A stretch of 64,000 nucleotides of DNA from Felis catus (GCF_018350175.1 NC_058368.1:121150001-121214000), one strand, 5' to 3'; shown: positions 37,931 through 52,530, numbered from the stretch's first letter. Program-made: numbers and translations. Notes: generated by a model not told the origin, from the sequence alone.

Positions 37931-40371
37931 CAAGTCCAAAGATAACATTGGATAACATCAGCCCCAGTCTCAGAGAAAGATCAGAAGAGGTTTAGCCTCA
38001 TGGATAATAAAGAGGAAAGAGACCCTTGTTGCCTTACTTTTCCTCTGTCACGTCCTCCTTCCATTTATAACTACAACTGCCTGGCAAGGAAGGGAGGTCA
38101 GATGTGCTCTCCTTCACTCTCAGAGGTAGATAGGATAGCATCCAACAATCCTATACAAGAGGACTTTAAAAAAAAAATTCCCATTTAAATTTCCATTGTA
38201 GAAATCCAAGAGAATTTGAATGACCATATGCAAAAAAACCAAACAGACTTACCAGGAAAAAAGTTTCCTACCTGTGAAGTCTCAAAGAGACCTGAACTTC
38301 CTGGGACGTACACAAGGAGGAGCTAGACAGGCACAGAGAGTCATGCCTGGGTAACAGGTGGCAGAGGAGGTGTCGATTCAGACACCCAGTGGGCTTCATC
38401 AGTTGATGAATACTGAAATGCTCTGATGATTTTTTAGCTTAAAATAGGAACAATGAATATGGAGGCATCTTTTAAATGTTAATAGAAGCAGTATTAAGGA
38501 AGAAATTGAACCTATTGTTTTGCAAACAGCTGGATCTACTGAAGCAAATTCAGGGTGTATTTCTGAGGGTTCCTTTCAAAATATGCCTAATTATAATAAG
38601 CAAAAACTCCAGGGAGGCACACCATAGGGGAAAGACCTAGGGATCAGGACTCAGAAGGTCTGGCGTCCAGCTCTGGCTCTACGGCAAATCCCTGACTCCT
38701 GAAAGTCACATTCTAAAACCCAGATTCTCAAATCAATCAAAGCTGTGATAAAGTGGAAGAAAGAAAATGTTCGTAGTAACGATAGATCTAGAAGCACTGA
38801 GAGCCACCACTTTCAGACACTGGGCTAAGCACCCGATGGGCACTGTTCTAAGATATGGGGGTAAAGTTGAGAGCTTTACCCAACTCTGGATGAGCAAGTT
38901 ACTCTCTCTGCACTCAGTTTCTTCATCTGCAAAACAGAGATTACAATGATTCTTACTTTATTAAGAAAGTTATCAAGATCAAATGAGGTATTCTATGTGA
39001 ATCACTTACCATAGTGCCCAGCAAATAATAAGCACTCGAGAGTTACTAGCATTTATTGCTAGTATCATGTATACTTCTTGTAAGAAGGCTATGGAGCTGT
39101 GGAGTCTTTACAACTGTCAGGTTATACCTGTCAAATTAGAATGACTGCATAACCTGTCCAAGGTCACATTGCTGGTAAGTAATAAACGTCACTAGTAAGT
39201 AGTTAAGAATGTGGAAATGTTAAGTACTTGTATGTTAGCATTTAGAGGAGACTGAGGGGTCTTTTTTTCTCCCTAATGTTGAACCCATTCCAGGCACAAG
39301 GCTTCCCCTCATCCTGTTCCTTAGCGAGATGCTGGTAACTTCCATCTCTGCAGCTGCCTCCATCCAAAAATCCACTTTTCACTCCTGTGTCACATTTTCA
39401 AAGAAGTGTTTCCTGACTATTAACCTATAAGTCCCCACCACTCCCATATGGGAGTCCTACTAACATTACGCTGTTTTATTTTCGTTACAGAAGTTATTAG
39501 CTAACTCGCTCATTTGGTTGTTGTCCACCTCTTCCTACCAGAATGTAACCTCCTTGAGGGCAAGGATTTTGACTGGCTTCTTAACCTTTCCATTCACAGT
39601 GCCCAGAACAGTGGCTAGCACATACCAGATGCTCATTAAATGAAAGGTGAAGGGCTGACTGATAACAGTTCTCTCCACCTACCTGAGCCTTCTCACGACA
39701 ACACCATTTTACTTCTGTGAGTTCAATTAGTCTTTGGTCTTAGATCCACAAGCAAATGACCAAAGAGTTAGGATAAATACTCTTGCTCCTTTTACCGCCC
39801 TCCCCTGTGAATTTACAAGGCTAACAGGACAGTACGATCAGACATGATTTTCTCCTCTCCCGGAGGCTGGTGCTAAATTGTGAGGATTAATGAGATTCCC
39901 ACTGCTCTCACTCATTCTAAGTGTCATGCCAAGGCTGAACCAATATTGAGACTCATATTGTACATAGGAGTTCATTTCATTCCTACGCTGTTGTACCTGC
40001 GAGCAGGGTCTCTGTCAACTTTGTTTTAATAACAGGATTCCAGAGGGAAAATGCCAACTGAATTCATTACTAAAATAAATTGAAACTACACAAGCAGACT
40101 GGAGGGCAGGAAACAGCCAAGAGACTTTATCTTCTCAAACTCGGGGGCCACTCATAAATTGACAGCCACTGAAACACATGCATCCCTCTTTGGAAGATAG
40201 GATCCTCTTGGTCAGCACCCCCAGACCACGGCTTGACCTTTGTGAATCTAAATTACTCTCCATTAACCAAGCAAAGAGGTGTGCATTTTCCCCATTCTGT
40301 GGATGAGGAAACCAAGGCTCTAGGAGTTTAAATTTCCTCTGCCAAATAACTCACTTATTACAAGACAGGTG

Positions 40372-41205
40372 TTTTTTTTAATTGAAGTACAATTAACATA
40401 CAACATTATATTAGTTTCAGGTGTACAATAAAATGATTCAAAATTCTATACATTTCTCAGGGCTCATCAAGATAAGTGTATCCTTAATCCCCTTTATCTA
40501 TGTCACCCATCTGCACACCCACCTCCCCTCTGGTAACTACCAATTTGCTCTCTGTATTTAAGAGTCTGTTTTTTGTCTCTTTTTTTTCATCGTTCATTTG
40601 TTTCTTAAATTCCACATATGAGGGAAATCATACGGTACTTTTTCTCGGACTTATTTCACTTAGCATTATTCTCTCTAGATCTATCCATGTTGTTGCAAAT
40701 GGCAAGCTTTCACTCTCTTTATGGCTGAGTAACATTCCATTTTATATATGTATACATGCACACGCACACGCACATGCACACACACACACTCTACATCTCC
40801 TTTATCCATTCATCTATCAATGGACACATGAACTGCTTACATAATTTGGCTACTGTACATAATGCTGCAATAAACATATATCTTTTTGGATTAGTGTTTT
40901 TTTCTTTCTTAGAGTAAATACCCAGTAGTAGAATTACTGGATCATATGGTAATTCTGTTTTCAATTTTTTTTGAGGAAACTTCCTACTGTTTTCCACAGT
41001 GGCTGCACCAATTTGTATTCCCACTAATAGTACACAAGGGTCCCTTTTTCTCCACATTTTTGCCAACATTTGTTATTTAGTACATTTTTTATTTAGCCAT
41101 TATGACAAGTGTAAAGTGATACCTTGTTGTGGTTTTGATTTGCATTTCCCTGATGACGACTGATTTTCAGCATCTTTTCATGGGTCTGTTGGCCACCTGC
41201 ATATC
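40372..41205 (-). mobile_element. L1 3' end (carnivore/L1MA-type), ~830 bp
   Basis: The minus ORF 40791-41069 reads as L1 ORF2 C-terminus (GAATVENSRKFPQKKLKTELPYDPVILLLGIY...MFIAAL...CPLIDEWIKEM). Confidence 0.93.
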
Positions 41206-41727
41206 TAAGAGTTCTGAAACCCATTTGGTCTACCTCCGAGTTACAGACTCTTTCCATGGTTTTATGCCATCTCTTGCTTAAATCAAAAAGAATGAAGGAC
41301 TGTTGCTTAATTAGGCAAGAGGTCGTTTCTCCCCCTGGGTGTCCCCTGCAGGTTGTGATGACTGCTGAGTGCGGTTGCCGGGGAATCAAAGCAGCAGCTT
41401 TGGGTTTACAGTTTGGAAAAGACCTTAACTCAGTAACAGAAAGAAGGAAGGAGGAAAGGGAGACTGAAATGAAGACAGTATGGCCAACAAAATGTCTACC
41501 TGGAGAAAATGAGACTGACAAAAGGCCCAAGCAAATAGATTAAGAGATAAAACACAGGAAGGCAGAATGAACGTGAGACCTCCAATTCACTCTTCCCTTG
41601 AGTATACACTCTGGCCAGTACTTAGATAGTGGCTGAATTTCAAAGTTCATTCTGAACTCCCTCTAATCACATAGCCAGCCTGTCTTTTCCCCATCCTCTC
41701 CTTTATTCATTCAAAAGGCACAGATCA

Positions 41728-41960
41728 AGGGGAGCCTGGGCAGCTCAGTCGGTTAAGTATTTGACCCTTGATTTCAGCTCAGGTTGTGATCTTGCAGTTT
41801 GTGGGTTCGAGCCCCACGTCGGGCTCTGTGCCAGCGGTGTGGAGCCTGCTTGGGATGCTTTCTCTCTCTTTCTCTCTCTCTGCCCCTACCTTGCTCTCTC
41901 TTCTCTCTCTCAAAATAAATAAATAAACCTTCTAAAAATTTTAATAAAAAAATTTTTTTT
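41728..41960 (+). mobile_element. CAN-SINE
   Basis: TSD gcacagat. Confidence 0.9.
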
Positions 41961-42344
41961 TCAAATGCACAGATTGAGAGTATTCCAAGGCAAGGCACTG
42001 ACAATACAAAGATGAATTAAGTGGTCAGTGACTGATCTTATCTAGAATACAGTTCACTTCTGACTCCCCAAGTTGGCAAGTGTCTGAGGCAGGGGTCCTA
42101 ATGACTTTTACCACTACTGGGTGTCAGTGTTGTCCCAGGCATTGTGCCACCTCTGCAAGTACAAAAGCAAGTGACATTGTACCACCCACCAGAGCTTAGG
42201 GCCTAGTGAAGGAAACAAATGGGTCACTGGACGGTTACAATCCAGGTGGGCAAGAGCTGTGGGAAAGAGAAGTGCCAGAGGCCGTGGAAGCTGAATCTTC
42301 TCACCCATAACCAGGAGTTAGGAAGGGATGAAATGTCCCTTCTT

Positions 42345-42948
42345 TGGTTCATTAGGCAAATAAATCCAGAGCCCCTATTATGAAGGGGGATGAAGATACA
42401 GTGATGAAAACTGAACCTCTGTCCTCATGGAGCTGACATCCCAGGAGGAGGAGAAGATAATAAACAAATAAATAATAATCAAATAAACCATTTAAATAAT
42501 TTGACAGATAGTATTAAGTGTGGTGAAGAACACAAAGCAAGGTGAAATGAAGGGAAGCTACTTTCGAGCAGGTGGGCAGCAAAGGCACCCAAACATCAAG
42601 ACAAGCCAGCCATGTGGAGACCTCGAGGAAGAGGGTCCAAGGCAGAGGCGAGGGGAAAGGCCTAAAGCAGGGACAAGCACGGCCTCATTGATCAACTGAA
42701 GGAAGACCAGTGTGACCAGAATAAAGTGCTCAAAGGTAGAGTGGCCAGACAGGAGATAAGGTGGGAGACAATACGCAGGGCCAATTCTCAAGGGCCTGGT
42801 ATGGATTTGGAATTTTACTCATAGAGCAATGAGAAGCCATTGATGATTTTAAGAAAAATTCTGATAGGCTCTAATTTACATTTAAAAAAAGTTTTTTTAA
42901 TGTTTATTCTTTTAGAGAGATAAGACAGTGTGTGAACAGGGAAGGGGC

Positions 42949-42985
<37 letters not shown>

Positions 42986-43140
42986 ATCTGAAGCAGGCTC
43001 CAGGCTCTGAGCTGTCAGCACAGAGCCCGATGTAGGGCTTGAACTCACAAACTGCGAGGTCATGACCTGAGCCGAAGTCGGATGCTCAACCCATTGAACC
43101 ACCCAGGTGCCCCTCTGATTTACATTTTTAAAGTCTAACT
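42345..43140 (-). mobile_element. L2 fragment with a SINE at ~42892-43113 (-)
   Basis: ctgtcctcatggagctgacatc...aaacaaataaat...aaggcctaaagcaggg...gagaagccattga. Confidence 0.7.
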
Positions 43141-43184
43141 CTAGTCAGCTGGATTGTTTAACACACAAGACTGTGAGAACTTAT

Positions 43185-43445
43185 CTTTTTTTTTAATAAA
43201 CTTTTTATTTGGGAATAATTTTAGATTCATACAAAAGTTACAAAAAATAATACAGACTTCTTATATTCTTCACCCAGTTTCTATAAATATCTTACATAAC
43301 CATGGTACATCCAGCACAACAAAGACATTAGCACTGGTAGATTGCCATGAACTAAACTACAAACTTTGTTAGGATTTTACCAGTTTTTCCACTTGTGCTC
43401 TTTTTCTGTTCCAGGATCCGACGGAGGAGAACACACTAGATTTAA
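43185..43445 (-). mobile_element. old L1 3' fragment
   Basis: ttttagattcatacaaaagttacaaaa...cacccagtttc...cttacataaccatggtaca...ttttctgttccaggatcc. Confidence 0.75.
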
Positions 43446-45274
43446 ACCCATCGTCTTTTAAAAAGCCTTTCTATATTTGAGGAAGTACCTCAAGAGAGTG
43501 AAAGCTAGGATCAACTTCTCTGGTTTGTCATGAGAAGTCCTGATAGATCAGGGGGAAGAGTGGACTCAGGAAGGCTACTTCTGGAGTCACCTAGACAAGT
43601 CATCTAGTCTGCTTCAGTTATCTAGGCAGAAGATGTGGGAACCTCCTCAAAAGAACAGGGTGGGAGTCAGTTCTATCAATACAGGCACATCTATTACCAT
43701 CACCTCATAAAATAAAGGTAATTTTAATACTCACAGATTAGGAAGAACACAGTCTCAGAATAGGCTGTATTTTTACACAACATAAATTTAGCTTTACAGA
43801 AAAATTAAAACAAATGCCTTAAATCTTCTCATTTTTGTCCGAGATGAAATTTTATTTGTAGTTTTATCTATCCAGCCCCACAGAGTCTGGCGGCAGCTAC
43901 CACAAAACAAAACAAAACAAAACAAAAAAACCTGTGGATTTATAAAACTATAATCACGTAATCAACAAACATTTGCAGAACACCTTGTATATTTCAGGCA
44001 CTGAGTGAGCCTCTCAAGATAGGTGTGTTTCTTGCCCTAGTCAAGCCTATAGCCAATGTGGACATTAGATGAGTACTGGTTTTAGAAGCATGATATGGAC
44101 CAAGAAAAACCAAGTAACTAATTGCAAAACCTGTTCAGAGATTTATTACTAACCTGATGGAGCTGGTGATTAAAGGCAACTAGACATTGATTTGGCCATA
44201 AAATGAGTGCAACAATTGGGAGTGCCTGGCAGGAGATTGTATCTGGGATGGGAAGGGTGGCCACTCCTCTTCTTGGGAAAAACCCTCCTGTGAAAGGTGA
44301 GGTTTCCAGCATAAATCAATCAGGGGAAAGTTGAGTGTGGGGGCAACTTCAGTTGTGTCCACACCTAAACAAGCAGCTGTCATTCTTTCGTGCAGCATCT
44401 CTTCCCTATTCTTCCCCAATCATTTCAGTAGGTCTAAATGTGGACTCAAAGGTAAGGTAATCCCCTGGTCGGATATCTCATACCAGCAGACAAAAATCTT
44501 GATTCTAGTCAAGAAGATTTAAAAAATAATAACAAATATTATTGAGCTCCCACAATAAGCAGAACAGATCAAGATGAAGAGCTACTCAGCTGGATCCTCC
44601 CCAGCAGCAGAGGTAAATAACAACAACAATGGGGTCACGAGACTAGTTATGCTCACAGCCATCCGTGAGGGAGTGCTCGAGGCCAAGCCAGGCCATGGAC
44701 CAAATGGACTCCTTGCTTCCTTCCCCTAATGCTGTAATCCAAACAGCACTGGTGACTTTAAACTGGTTTGGAGACTTCTTATATTAGGACCTTCTGAGGT
44801 GCACAGTAAGAATGAAAAACTATGGGTCCCTTTCTCAGGCCTCTTGAATCAGAATTTACAGAATCTGCATTTTAGATAGGCTCCCTAAGTGCTACTGATG
44901 TACCTGAAACCTAGAGAATTGTCCTAAGGGCCTATTAGCTATCTTGGGATGGCCACTACAAGACAGAAGGGGAGGGAAGATGCAGATGACTGGGAGAAGG
45001 TCTTGCAGGTGATGACGGGTGGAGGCAGGAGCAGGGGCATTTCCCACTACCATTCCTGTGCCCTGCTTTCTGTCATTTCTTGGTAATTTCAAATGGTCTA
45101 TGGCTATTCTGTAAACCTCTATAGTCATTGTTATTGCTTGGCTTGACCTTTTCAAGGTTATTGTCCACATTGGTTCTCTAGAACCCTTTGGGCTGAAAAC
45201 TTCAAAAGCCAGGTATTATGCTCAACACCGTCCAACATTCACATAGAAGTTTCCAGAACAACCCCAAGCCAGTG

Positions 45275-45480
45275 AGTCCCAGTGGTTAAGACAATCTCCA
45301 GAATCTAGACACTTAGAGGGCTTTGTGTCTTTGGATGGCTGCTCATGCCTCAGTTTCCTCCTCTGTACAGGGGGTTTACTATCAGGACCCACCTCATCAG
45401 GGTGTTGTGAGCAGCACATGAGATCATCTGTTCAAAGCTCTCAGAGTGTACCTGGAACAGAGCTCATGAGTGATGTTAGT
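45275..45480 (+). mobile_element. MIR SINE
   Basis: gtggttaag...gcctcagtttcctcctctgta...acctcatcagggtgttgtgag. Confidence 0.65.
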
Positions 45481-46171
45481 TCAAACATACAACCAGTCAA
45501 AAATACCGCCCCCCCCCCCCACCATGAGGAAGTGCCCACAGTACACTCAGCTGACACAAGAGTCACCGTGGAGGGGTGGGCAAAGAAAATAGGACAAGCT
45601 TATTCATGGAGAACTGATGGTGCTGAGCAGAGAGCTCAGAGCTGTGCATGGCTGTAAGAGAGCGAGGGGGCAGAGGATATGGGGGGCTGCTAAGAACCCC
45701 TGTTTGTGCTGGGGTGGATATCATGTATGATGGTAAAGGAAAAGGAGGGAAGTGATAAATTCACTGTGCGTGCACCTGTCATCCTGGATGAGCAAGAGAG
45801 ATCATAAGAATTCTCAAGACCTAGCTGCATCATTAGATGAAGAATAAAAAGGCTTATTATTAGGGGAAATTGATGCTTTGTGAAACTAGAACTTTTAGAA
45901 CAAAGAGATTCAGATTGACATTTCTGTGAAGCTGGGAAAGTGTGTTTCAGTCATGATCAGTTACAGGCCTTGGGATCTTTCGTTTTATTGTTCTCTTGTC
46001 CCATTTTCTCCCCCAGGCCCTAGGCTGAACTCCAGGGTGGGGGACTGTCTGAAAAAGCCCTTGAAGGGATGTACTGGGGAGGGGGAGACCTTCTTGTCAA
46101 GGAAACACAATCTACATTGTGAAGGGCTTTATTTCAACTGCTTCGAAAATACTTCAGAGACAACCGTAAAC

Positions 46172-46325
46172 TTTTTTTAATGTTTATTTTTGAGCGAGAA
46201 AGAGAGAGAGAGGGCAAGGTAGAGAGAGGGGGAGACAGAGGATCCAAAGCAGGCTGGAACTCACAAACCATGAGATCATAACCTGAGCCAAAGTCAGAAG
46301 CTGAACTGAGTCACCCAGGAGCCCC
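46172..46325 (-). mobile_element. internally deleted CAN-SINE
   Basis: Head and tail present, middle missing. Confidence 0.85.
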
Positions 46326-49300
46326 AAAACCTTACACTTCTTGAAGGAGTTAGTTCAAGGGGGTGAAGAAGGACATGGATGCAACTATCAGACCAGGATT
46401 TGAATATAATTTAAATTAAGGTGACTGATTATGTTACCTTGGGGAAATCACTTAACCCCTTGAACCTCTGTTTCCTCATCTGTTAAATGGGGTGGAAATT
46501 ATAACCGATCTTACAGAGTTGTTGTGGAAAATGAGACAAAGTATGCATGGGGAGGTGCAGAGCAAGCCCTTAATCACATCCTCATTGATGTCATTGTTAT
46601 CACCATTTCTAAGAGGTTCTGCGAACAACAACGGAAACCAGCAAAAGATTAAGATGTGCCCTGGCTTGAAATCATAAAAGCCTTCAGAAAACACTGGAAG
46701 TCCCTAGAATCTACATCTCTTTTTTAAGTTACAAAACGGTATTGTGCTAAGACAGACACATTCTCCACAGATTTTGTCCATTGACCCCACCCCATCCCGC
46801 CACCAGCAACCAATTCCCAAATCTCCCTTCTTCCCCAAAGTTGATCCCCAAGGCACCAATGGCTCAGGAAAGAAAGCAATTCATATTGTTCTTTCTCAGG
46901 TATTCCTGCTTTTTAGACCCAAGTAGGGGTGTTTCCATGTTCAAGTCTGTATCCACAGTTTTGAGGATATTTGATGAGGTGTGAAGAGGTGTGAGAATGA
47001 GAGCAAGTGTGCAGAATATAGTCAAGGAGCGTGATCCAAAAAAAGAAACCACATCTTCCAAGCACTCATTCACTTACTGAGTCATTTTGTGAACCCTGAT
47101 GGCAAACTTGCTGTGTTACAGGCCCTGGGCTAACAGCCTACAAGTTCCCAGCCTGGAAGGTAGACTGTCATACATGGCCATAGCAGAAGTGGGGGGGGGG
47201 GGGGGGAACCTGTCACATCCTCAGGTTTGGCCCAGTGACACATTCCGGTAAGACTATTAGGCTCATGTCCTGGGAACCAGCCTTAGGAGTAGGTAGTGAA
47301 TACCCAAGAATATCCCAAAATATGTCTATATCCCTCATTTGGTTCCATGCCCGAACTCCCTCATTAGTCTTCATTTCGGAATAAGAGATCATCCCCTCGT
47401 TGAAGGCCAGTAGCCCTAGAAGACATCATCAGCCACACCAAAACCACTTTCCTTAACTGCCTTATCAGAACGTGACCATTTACAAAACATTGTTACATTG
47501 ATTATCTGTTGGCAGGACAGGCAGTTTTGTCCATTTTACAAATGAGGACATTAAAGAATTAGCCTGTGGCCTCACATTTCAAAGATAACAGAGCTAGGAC
47601 TTGAACCCAGGTCTTCTGACTCAAATCTATTGTTCCTCAAAGCCATCCAGGACCATCATTACTTCCTATCAACTAAGAAAAAGTTACTCTTTCTTCTCAA
47701 AATTAGATACTTCATGCTTCTGGTGGAGAAAATCAACTTGAAATAGGGTTAACATCCCACTCTGCATCCTTCAAAGAGGTCTGTGAGGGGATGAGGGCTC
47801 TCACGTCCTCCAATACTCACAGCTCAGACTGCCCTGCCCTGTGGGCACAAGGAGAGAGCAGGGTGTCAGGGAACAGCTAGTAATAATGACTGGTTCCTGG
47901 ATGCTCACCATGTACCCAGCACTCTGCAGCATGCTTCAGCCACATCACCCAAACGTCCCTCACCTCACCTATGCACACCCGTATAATTGCAGTCCCTCCC
48001 GCCCCCATTATGGATTTCTCCCCATCTAGAGGGAGAACCCCGGAACAACCCCCTCATATTCATTCCTACATCCTACCCACCTACGGGTTTCTATAGGAAT
48101 TACCTTGTTGTCCCATGAACGCCGTGGCTGCTATGAACACCCGGCTGTGCCACCAAGGATTCAGCCTCCTGGGACTGCTAAGAGACTTGGGTTCCCTTGG
48201 GTTCTCAATGCACCCCTTTCCCCAGCTCTGCATTCTGTCTGCTTGGCCTTGGAGCCACTGAGTGTCCCATATCACCAGGTGAGAAGAGATCCTTCAGCTC
48301 ATGGCTCTAACCCTTCTTCACAGGGACTGAGAAGAAGTTCTCAGGGTTAGGCAGGGTTGGGATCCTCACAGAACCTGCCACCGTCCGCGTCCCCATGTCT
48401 TTCCCCAGGCCTCATGCGAAGGGTTTTCTCCCTTCTCCTGTGGCCCAAAGCTATATAAACAAATGAAGAAAAGTTGAGAGTCTAGGTAGGCCCCACAAAC
48501 CAAATGAATACTACTGGATAACTCCGTAAAAGTGATAGCTCAGGGACGGCATGCAGGAGTCGGTGCCCAAACTCTTAAAAATCCCCCCACAGTAACAATA
48601 GCTGTCACTCCTTGAGTCCTCACATTCTTATCTAATTGTCCCTCCCAAGAACTCTTTGAAATGAGTGCTGTTACTGTCCTCAATTCAGATAAGAAAATGG
48701 AGTTCAGAAGGTCACTTGCTGAGATCACACTCCAAGCCACAAAATGAGGAGATGGGCCCCATCTATCAGCCCCTAGGACCTAGAATGTTAACCCTAATGC
48801 AACACTGAGCCCCACGCCTGGCCATTTTTGAAGGTTTGGGGATCCAGGCAACATTTCTTGCAACTCTGAGGGCTCTGAGAAGCAATGACAAAGGAGAGTT
48901 TAAGTATTGGGTGGGTGGGAGGGAGGGAGGAGGAGAAGCTGTTAATTTTAGATCTGTAACTCAGACTGCTCATTAAGTGGCAGGGGTGTCACCATGCCCC
49001 TAATCTTTGCCATCCACCTTCTAAAATAAAAGAGTCGGGGCCTATGATTTCCTCAGTGGGAAGATCCTTCCTTCACAGACTTAAAAACCCTGAGGATAAT
49101 GAGACTTTTTATACAAGACCAAAGGAGACTCGGGCGTGTGGAAGTCTCCTGTCATTTTCCCCAGTTCCCCCCAAACATGTCCTCAACACCTGGTAGAAAG
49201 CAATAGGAGAATATTCCAGGAATTTGTCTTTTGAGTCCAGGCATGCCTCAAGGGGACCAGACTGATAAAACTGCCAATGGGACCTGGTCAGTCTGGGCCC

Positions 49301-49519
49301 TTCATTCCTGTGTCTGAGTCACATGGATACCTTAGACAGAAATAACTTGTAAATTCTAACCCCCTAAACACACTAAATTAAACAATTATTTCACATAGTC
49401 AAAATAAGGACCCTAAACCTAGAATTATAGCCATGTTGTGGTGTCTATAGTATCACCCCTGCCCCAAAAGACAATGGGTGACAGTCGCTCACATCCATCT
49501 GGGTTCAATGTGTGCCAGG

Positions 49520-49705
49520 CACTGTTCTCCAAGTGTGGCCTGGGACTATTGCATCAGCACTGCCTGGGAATTGGTTAGAAATGCAAATTTTCAGGCCCCA
49601 CCCCAGACTTACTGAATCAGAACCCCTGAGGAGGGAGTCTAGCAATCTGTTTTAACAAGCTTTAAATGAATGATTCTGGTGCCTTCTAAAGTCTGAGAAC
49701 CCTGC
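49520..49705. mobile_element. MER5A-like hAT-Charlie MITE inside a MIR
   Basis: gcatcagca..cctgggaa.tggttagaaatgcaaatt.tcaggccccaccccagac.tactgaatcagaa. Confidence 0.85.
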
Positions 49706-50982
49706 CTTACTTTACGGAATCCTCACACTGACTGTAGAAAGGTACAGAAACATCGAGCATTACTGTTCCCATTTTACAGGGAAGGAATCTACATCTCACC
49801 GCACTTTGGGTAAAACACTAGCCCCAGATGAGCCCCACTTCATTCTCTCTGCCCCCCCCCCAATCTCTATCTGTGCTTCATGGGATTCTCCCCCTCTCTC
49901 TCTTTCTGCCCCTCACTCACTTGTGCCCTCTCTCTCTCTCAAGAAGAAAAGAAGACGAAGAAGGAAGAGGAGGAGGAGGAATCTTAAGTTACAAAAGTAC
50001 GGAGTCACCTATCCAAAGTGAGTAGTAACGAGGACTGGAAGGCAGGTCCCTCTGAGTACCCTAAATGTGTCTCCCTACCCATGAAAAGGAAGCGTGACGG
50101 AGAGTAAAGGAGACAAATGGCTAGTCCCCTGGAAACCAATTAAAGGCAGCTTCAGTCCAGGGTTGCAAAAGAAATTAACATCTATGGAACATCAGTTATG
50201 TGCCAGTTGCTACACATACATATCTCATTTCATTTAATTCTCACAAAAGCCCATGCCATGTAAGCATGCTGCAATCAGATCAGGGAGGGCGAGCAACCGT
50301 GCCGGGCTCTCACAGCTTAAGCAAGTTGCAAAGAATCTGAATCCTGCTTAGTCTGTCTCTAAAATCGTCACAGCCTCCCTGGAACACACTCACACATTCA
50401 GCAGATACACATGTCCTCATGGCCAAAAGACCAGAAAACCAAGGATGAATGCATATGCAGCAGCAAATGAGATCACCCTGCTCCAGGGGTGAAAAACCAC
50501 CTTGACAGCAATTGTGTGGCTTTCATAGCGTCATCAGTCACCCCAGTCTGCTCCTCCCTCCCCTCCCTCCTCTCAAAAACCACAGACTTTTCCCTTTCAC
50601 CTTGAGAGACAGGGAAGTCAAGTTCTCACCAAATGGAACATGTTTATGCTCTTCCTATTAATTGAGTATTCACCTACCTTTCCAGGGAAGCAAGGCCCTT
50701 AGTGGGTAAGGACGCCAGGAATGACATGAAATACCAGTTGGAACGCTAGCAATATTCAGTGAGGATTATCATAATGTTATGGATGCCTTTAACCAGCTCC
50801 CCATAGAGAATACATACACACCCTCGAAACTGGCTTGGAATCTACCAACAACCTTCTAAGCCGATGGCTTAATTAACTTGTGGGCTGTGTATGCCATGTC
50901 ATGAAATGTCTCTAAAACCCAAGAGCACAGGAAGGTGTAAAACTTAGAAGCTACAATTTCTCAGCCATCAGTTTGCAGAGCT

Positions 50983-51139
50983 TCTTTTTTTTTTAAGTTT
51001 ATTCTTAAGTAATCTCTACATCCAACGTGGGGCTCAACTCATTACCCGGAGATCAAGAATCAAATGCTCTCCCAACTGCACCAGTCAGGTGCCCCAGAGG
51101 TGTGTTTGTTTGTTTGTTTGTTTGTTTGTTTGTTTGTTT
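50983..51139 (-). mobile_element. short CAN-SINE followed by (TTTG)n
   Basis: aagtaatctctacatccaacgtggggctc...ggtgcccc; (tttg) ~9 units at 51104-51139. Confidence 0.8.
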
Positions 51140-52034
51140 TAAAAACAAGTTACTTCTCTGTCTTGCTTAAATACACAGTATTTTCCCCTTTGGTTCATAA
51201 AATCGAGGAAACATAAAGTGAAAACTCTGGGCGAAAATATGTGTTGACATAAATATATAAAACAGTTCCCAAATCTCCCTAGCCTAAAATCTGTCTTTGG
51301 CTCTGGGCTGCTTTTAGGATAGAGCCCAGGCATCCCAGACCGCTTCGTAAGCACTTGTGATCAGATGGCGACCCACCCTGCAGTCCTGAAGCCTGCCCTG
51401 CCCCAGACTGCGTGCTCTGGCTATACAGAACACAGGCTGTTCCCAGGAGATCCCAAGTCCTCTCCTGCCCTCACGCCTTCACACCTGTGGGTGTCTCCAC
51501 CAGGAATCCCCACCTCCTCTTCTTTACCAGGCTGACTCCAACTCCGGCTCATCCCCCAAAATTCAGCCCAGGTGCCACCTTTTTAGGGATTTCCAGTGGG
51601 GTCTCTTCACGACACGGTGTGCTGGCCCTCACGACACTACTTTTCACCCTATTTTGTGATCGTCTATTTACTTTGGTAACACTTTCAACGACGCAAGCTC
51701 CATGAAGGCATCTGTGGCCCAAAGCCAAACAGGTGCATGGTAAACACCCAAAGCATCTTTGTGGAATGAACAAGTGAATGAGTAAATTAATGAATGATGA
51801 TCCCTTATTCATTTTCCCACAAGCTCAAGATACACCTTGGAAATGAGAGATGTGATTGTCCTCTCAGTATATCCTTAAGATGCTACTTTCACCCCCAGAA
51901 ACTCATATAGTCCAAGATAGTCAGAAGTATCTCAAGGCCACAGAAACCCTAGTCCAAAATATTATCTAGATAAGCCCGTTATCATTATCTAGATGTATCC
52001 AGATGAGCCCAGGGGTATCCATCAAATCAAGATT

Positions 52035-52530
52035 CTTTTTTTTTTCTTTTTTTAAAAAATTTTTAAATGTTTATTTTTGATTGCTTCTTGGCCTTTTGGC
52101 TAAAATCAAGTGTAAATGTTTATTTTTGAGAGCCAGAGAGAGAGCTAGAATGGGTAAGGGGGGGGGGGTGCAGAAAGAGAGGGGGACACAGAATCCCAAT
52201 CTGGCTCCAGGCTCTGAAATGTCAGAATGGGACCCAATGTGGGGCTCGAACTCACTAACCGTGATATCATGACCTGAACCAAAATCAGATGCTTAACGGA
52301 CTGAGCCACCCAGATGCCCCCCCCCCATTTTTTTTTTTCTTTTCCAAATGTTTATTTTTGAGAGCGAATGCATGCAGGGGAAGGGGCACAAGGGAGGGGG
52401 ACAGAAGATCCAAAGTAGGCTGTGCGCTGACAGCAGCAAGCAGATGCGGAGCTGGAACTCACCAACCAGGCGATCCTAACCCCAGCCGAACTCCAACGCT
52501 CAACCCACCGAGCCATCCAGGTCGCCCCCC
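52035..52530 (-). mobile_element. two tandem CAN-SINEs; the left one carries the U2 insert
   Basis: Heads at ~52320 and ~52530; outer TSD-like tcaaga(t/c)tctt. Confidence 0.88.
52080..52114 (+). pseudogene. 3'-truncated U2 snRNA retropseudogene (nt 1-35)
   Basis: ATTGCTTCTTGGCCTTTTGGCTAAAATCAAGTGTA versus U2 ATCGCTTCTCGGCCTTTTGGCTAAGATCAAGTGTA (32/35, two CpG transitions). Flanked by direct repeat AATGTTTATTTTTG (52066-52079, 52115-52128). Confidence 0.92.
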
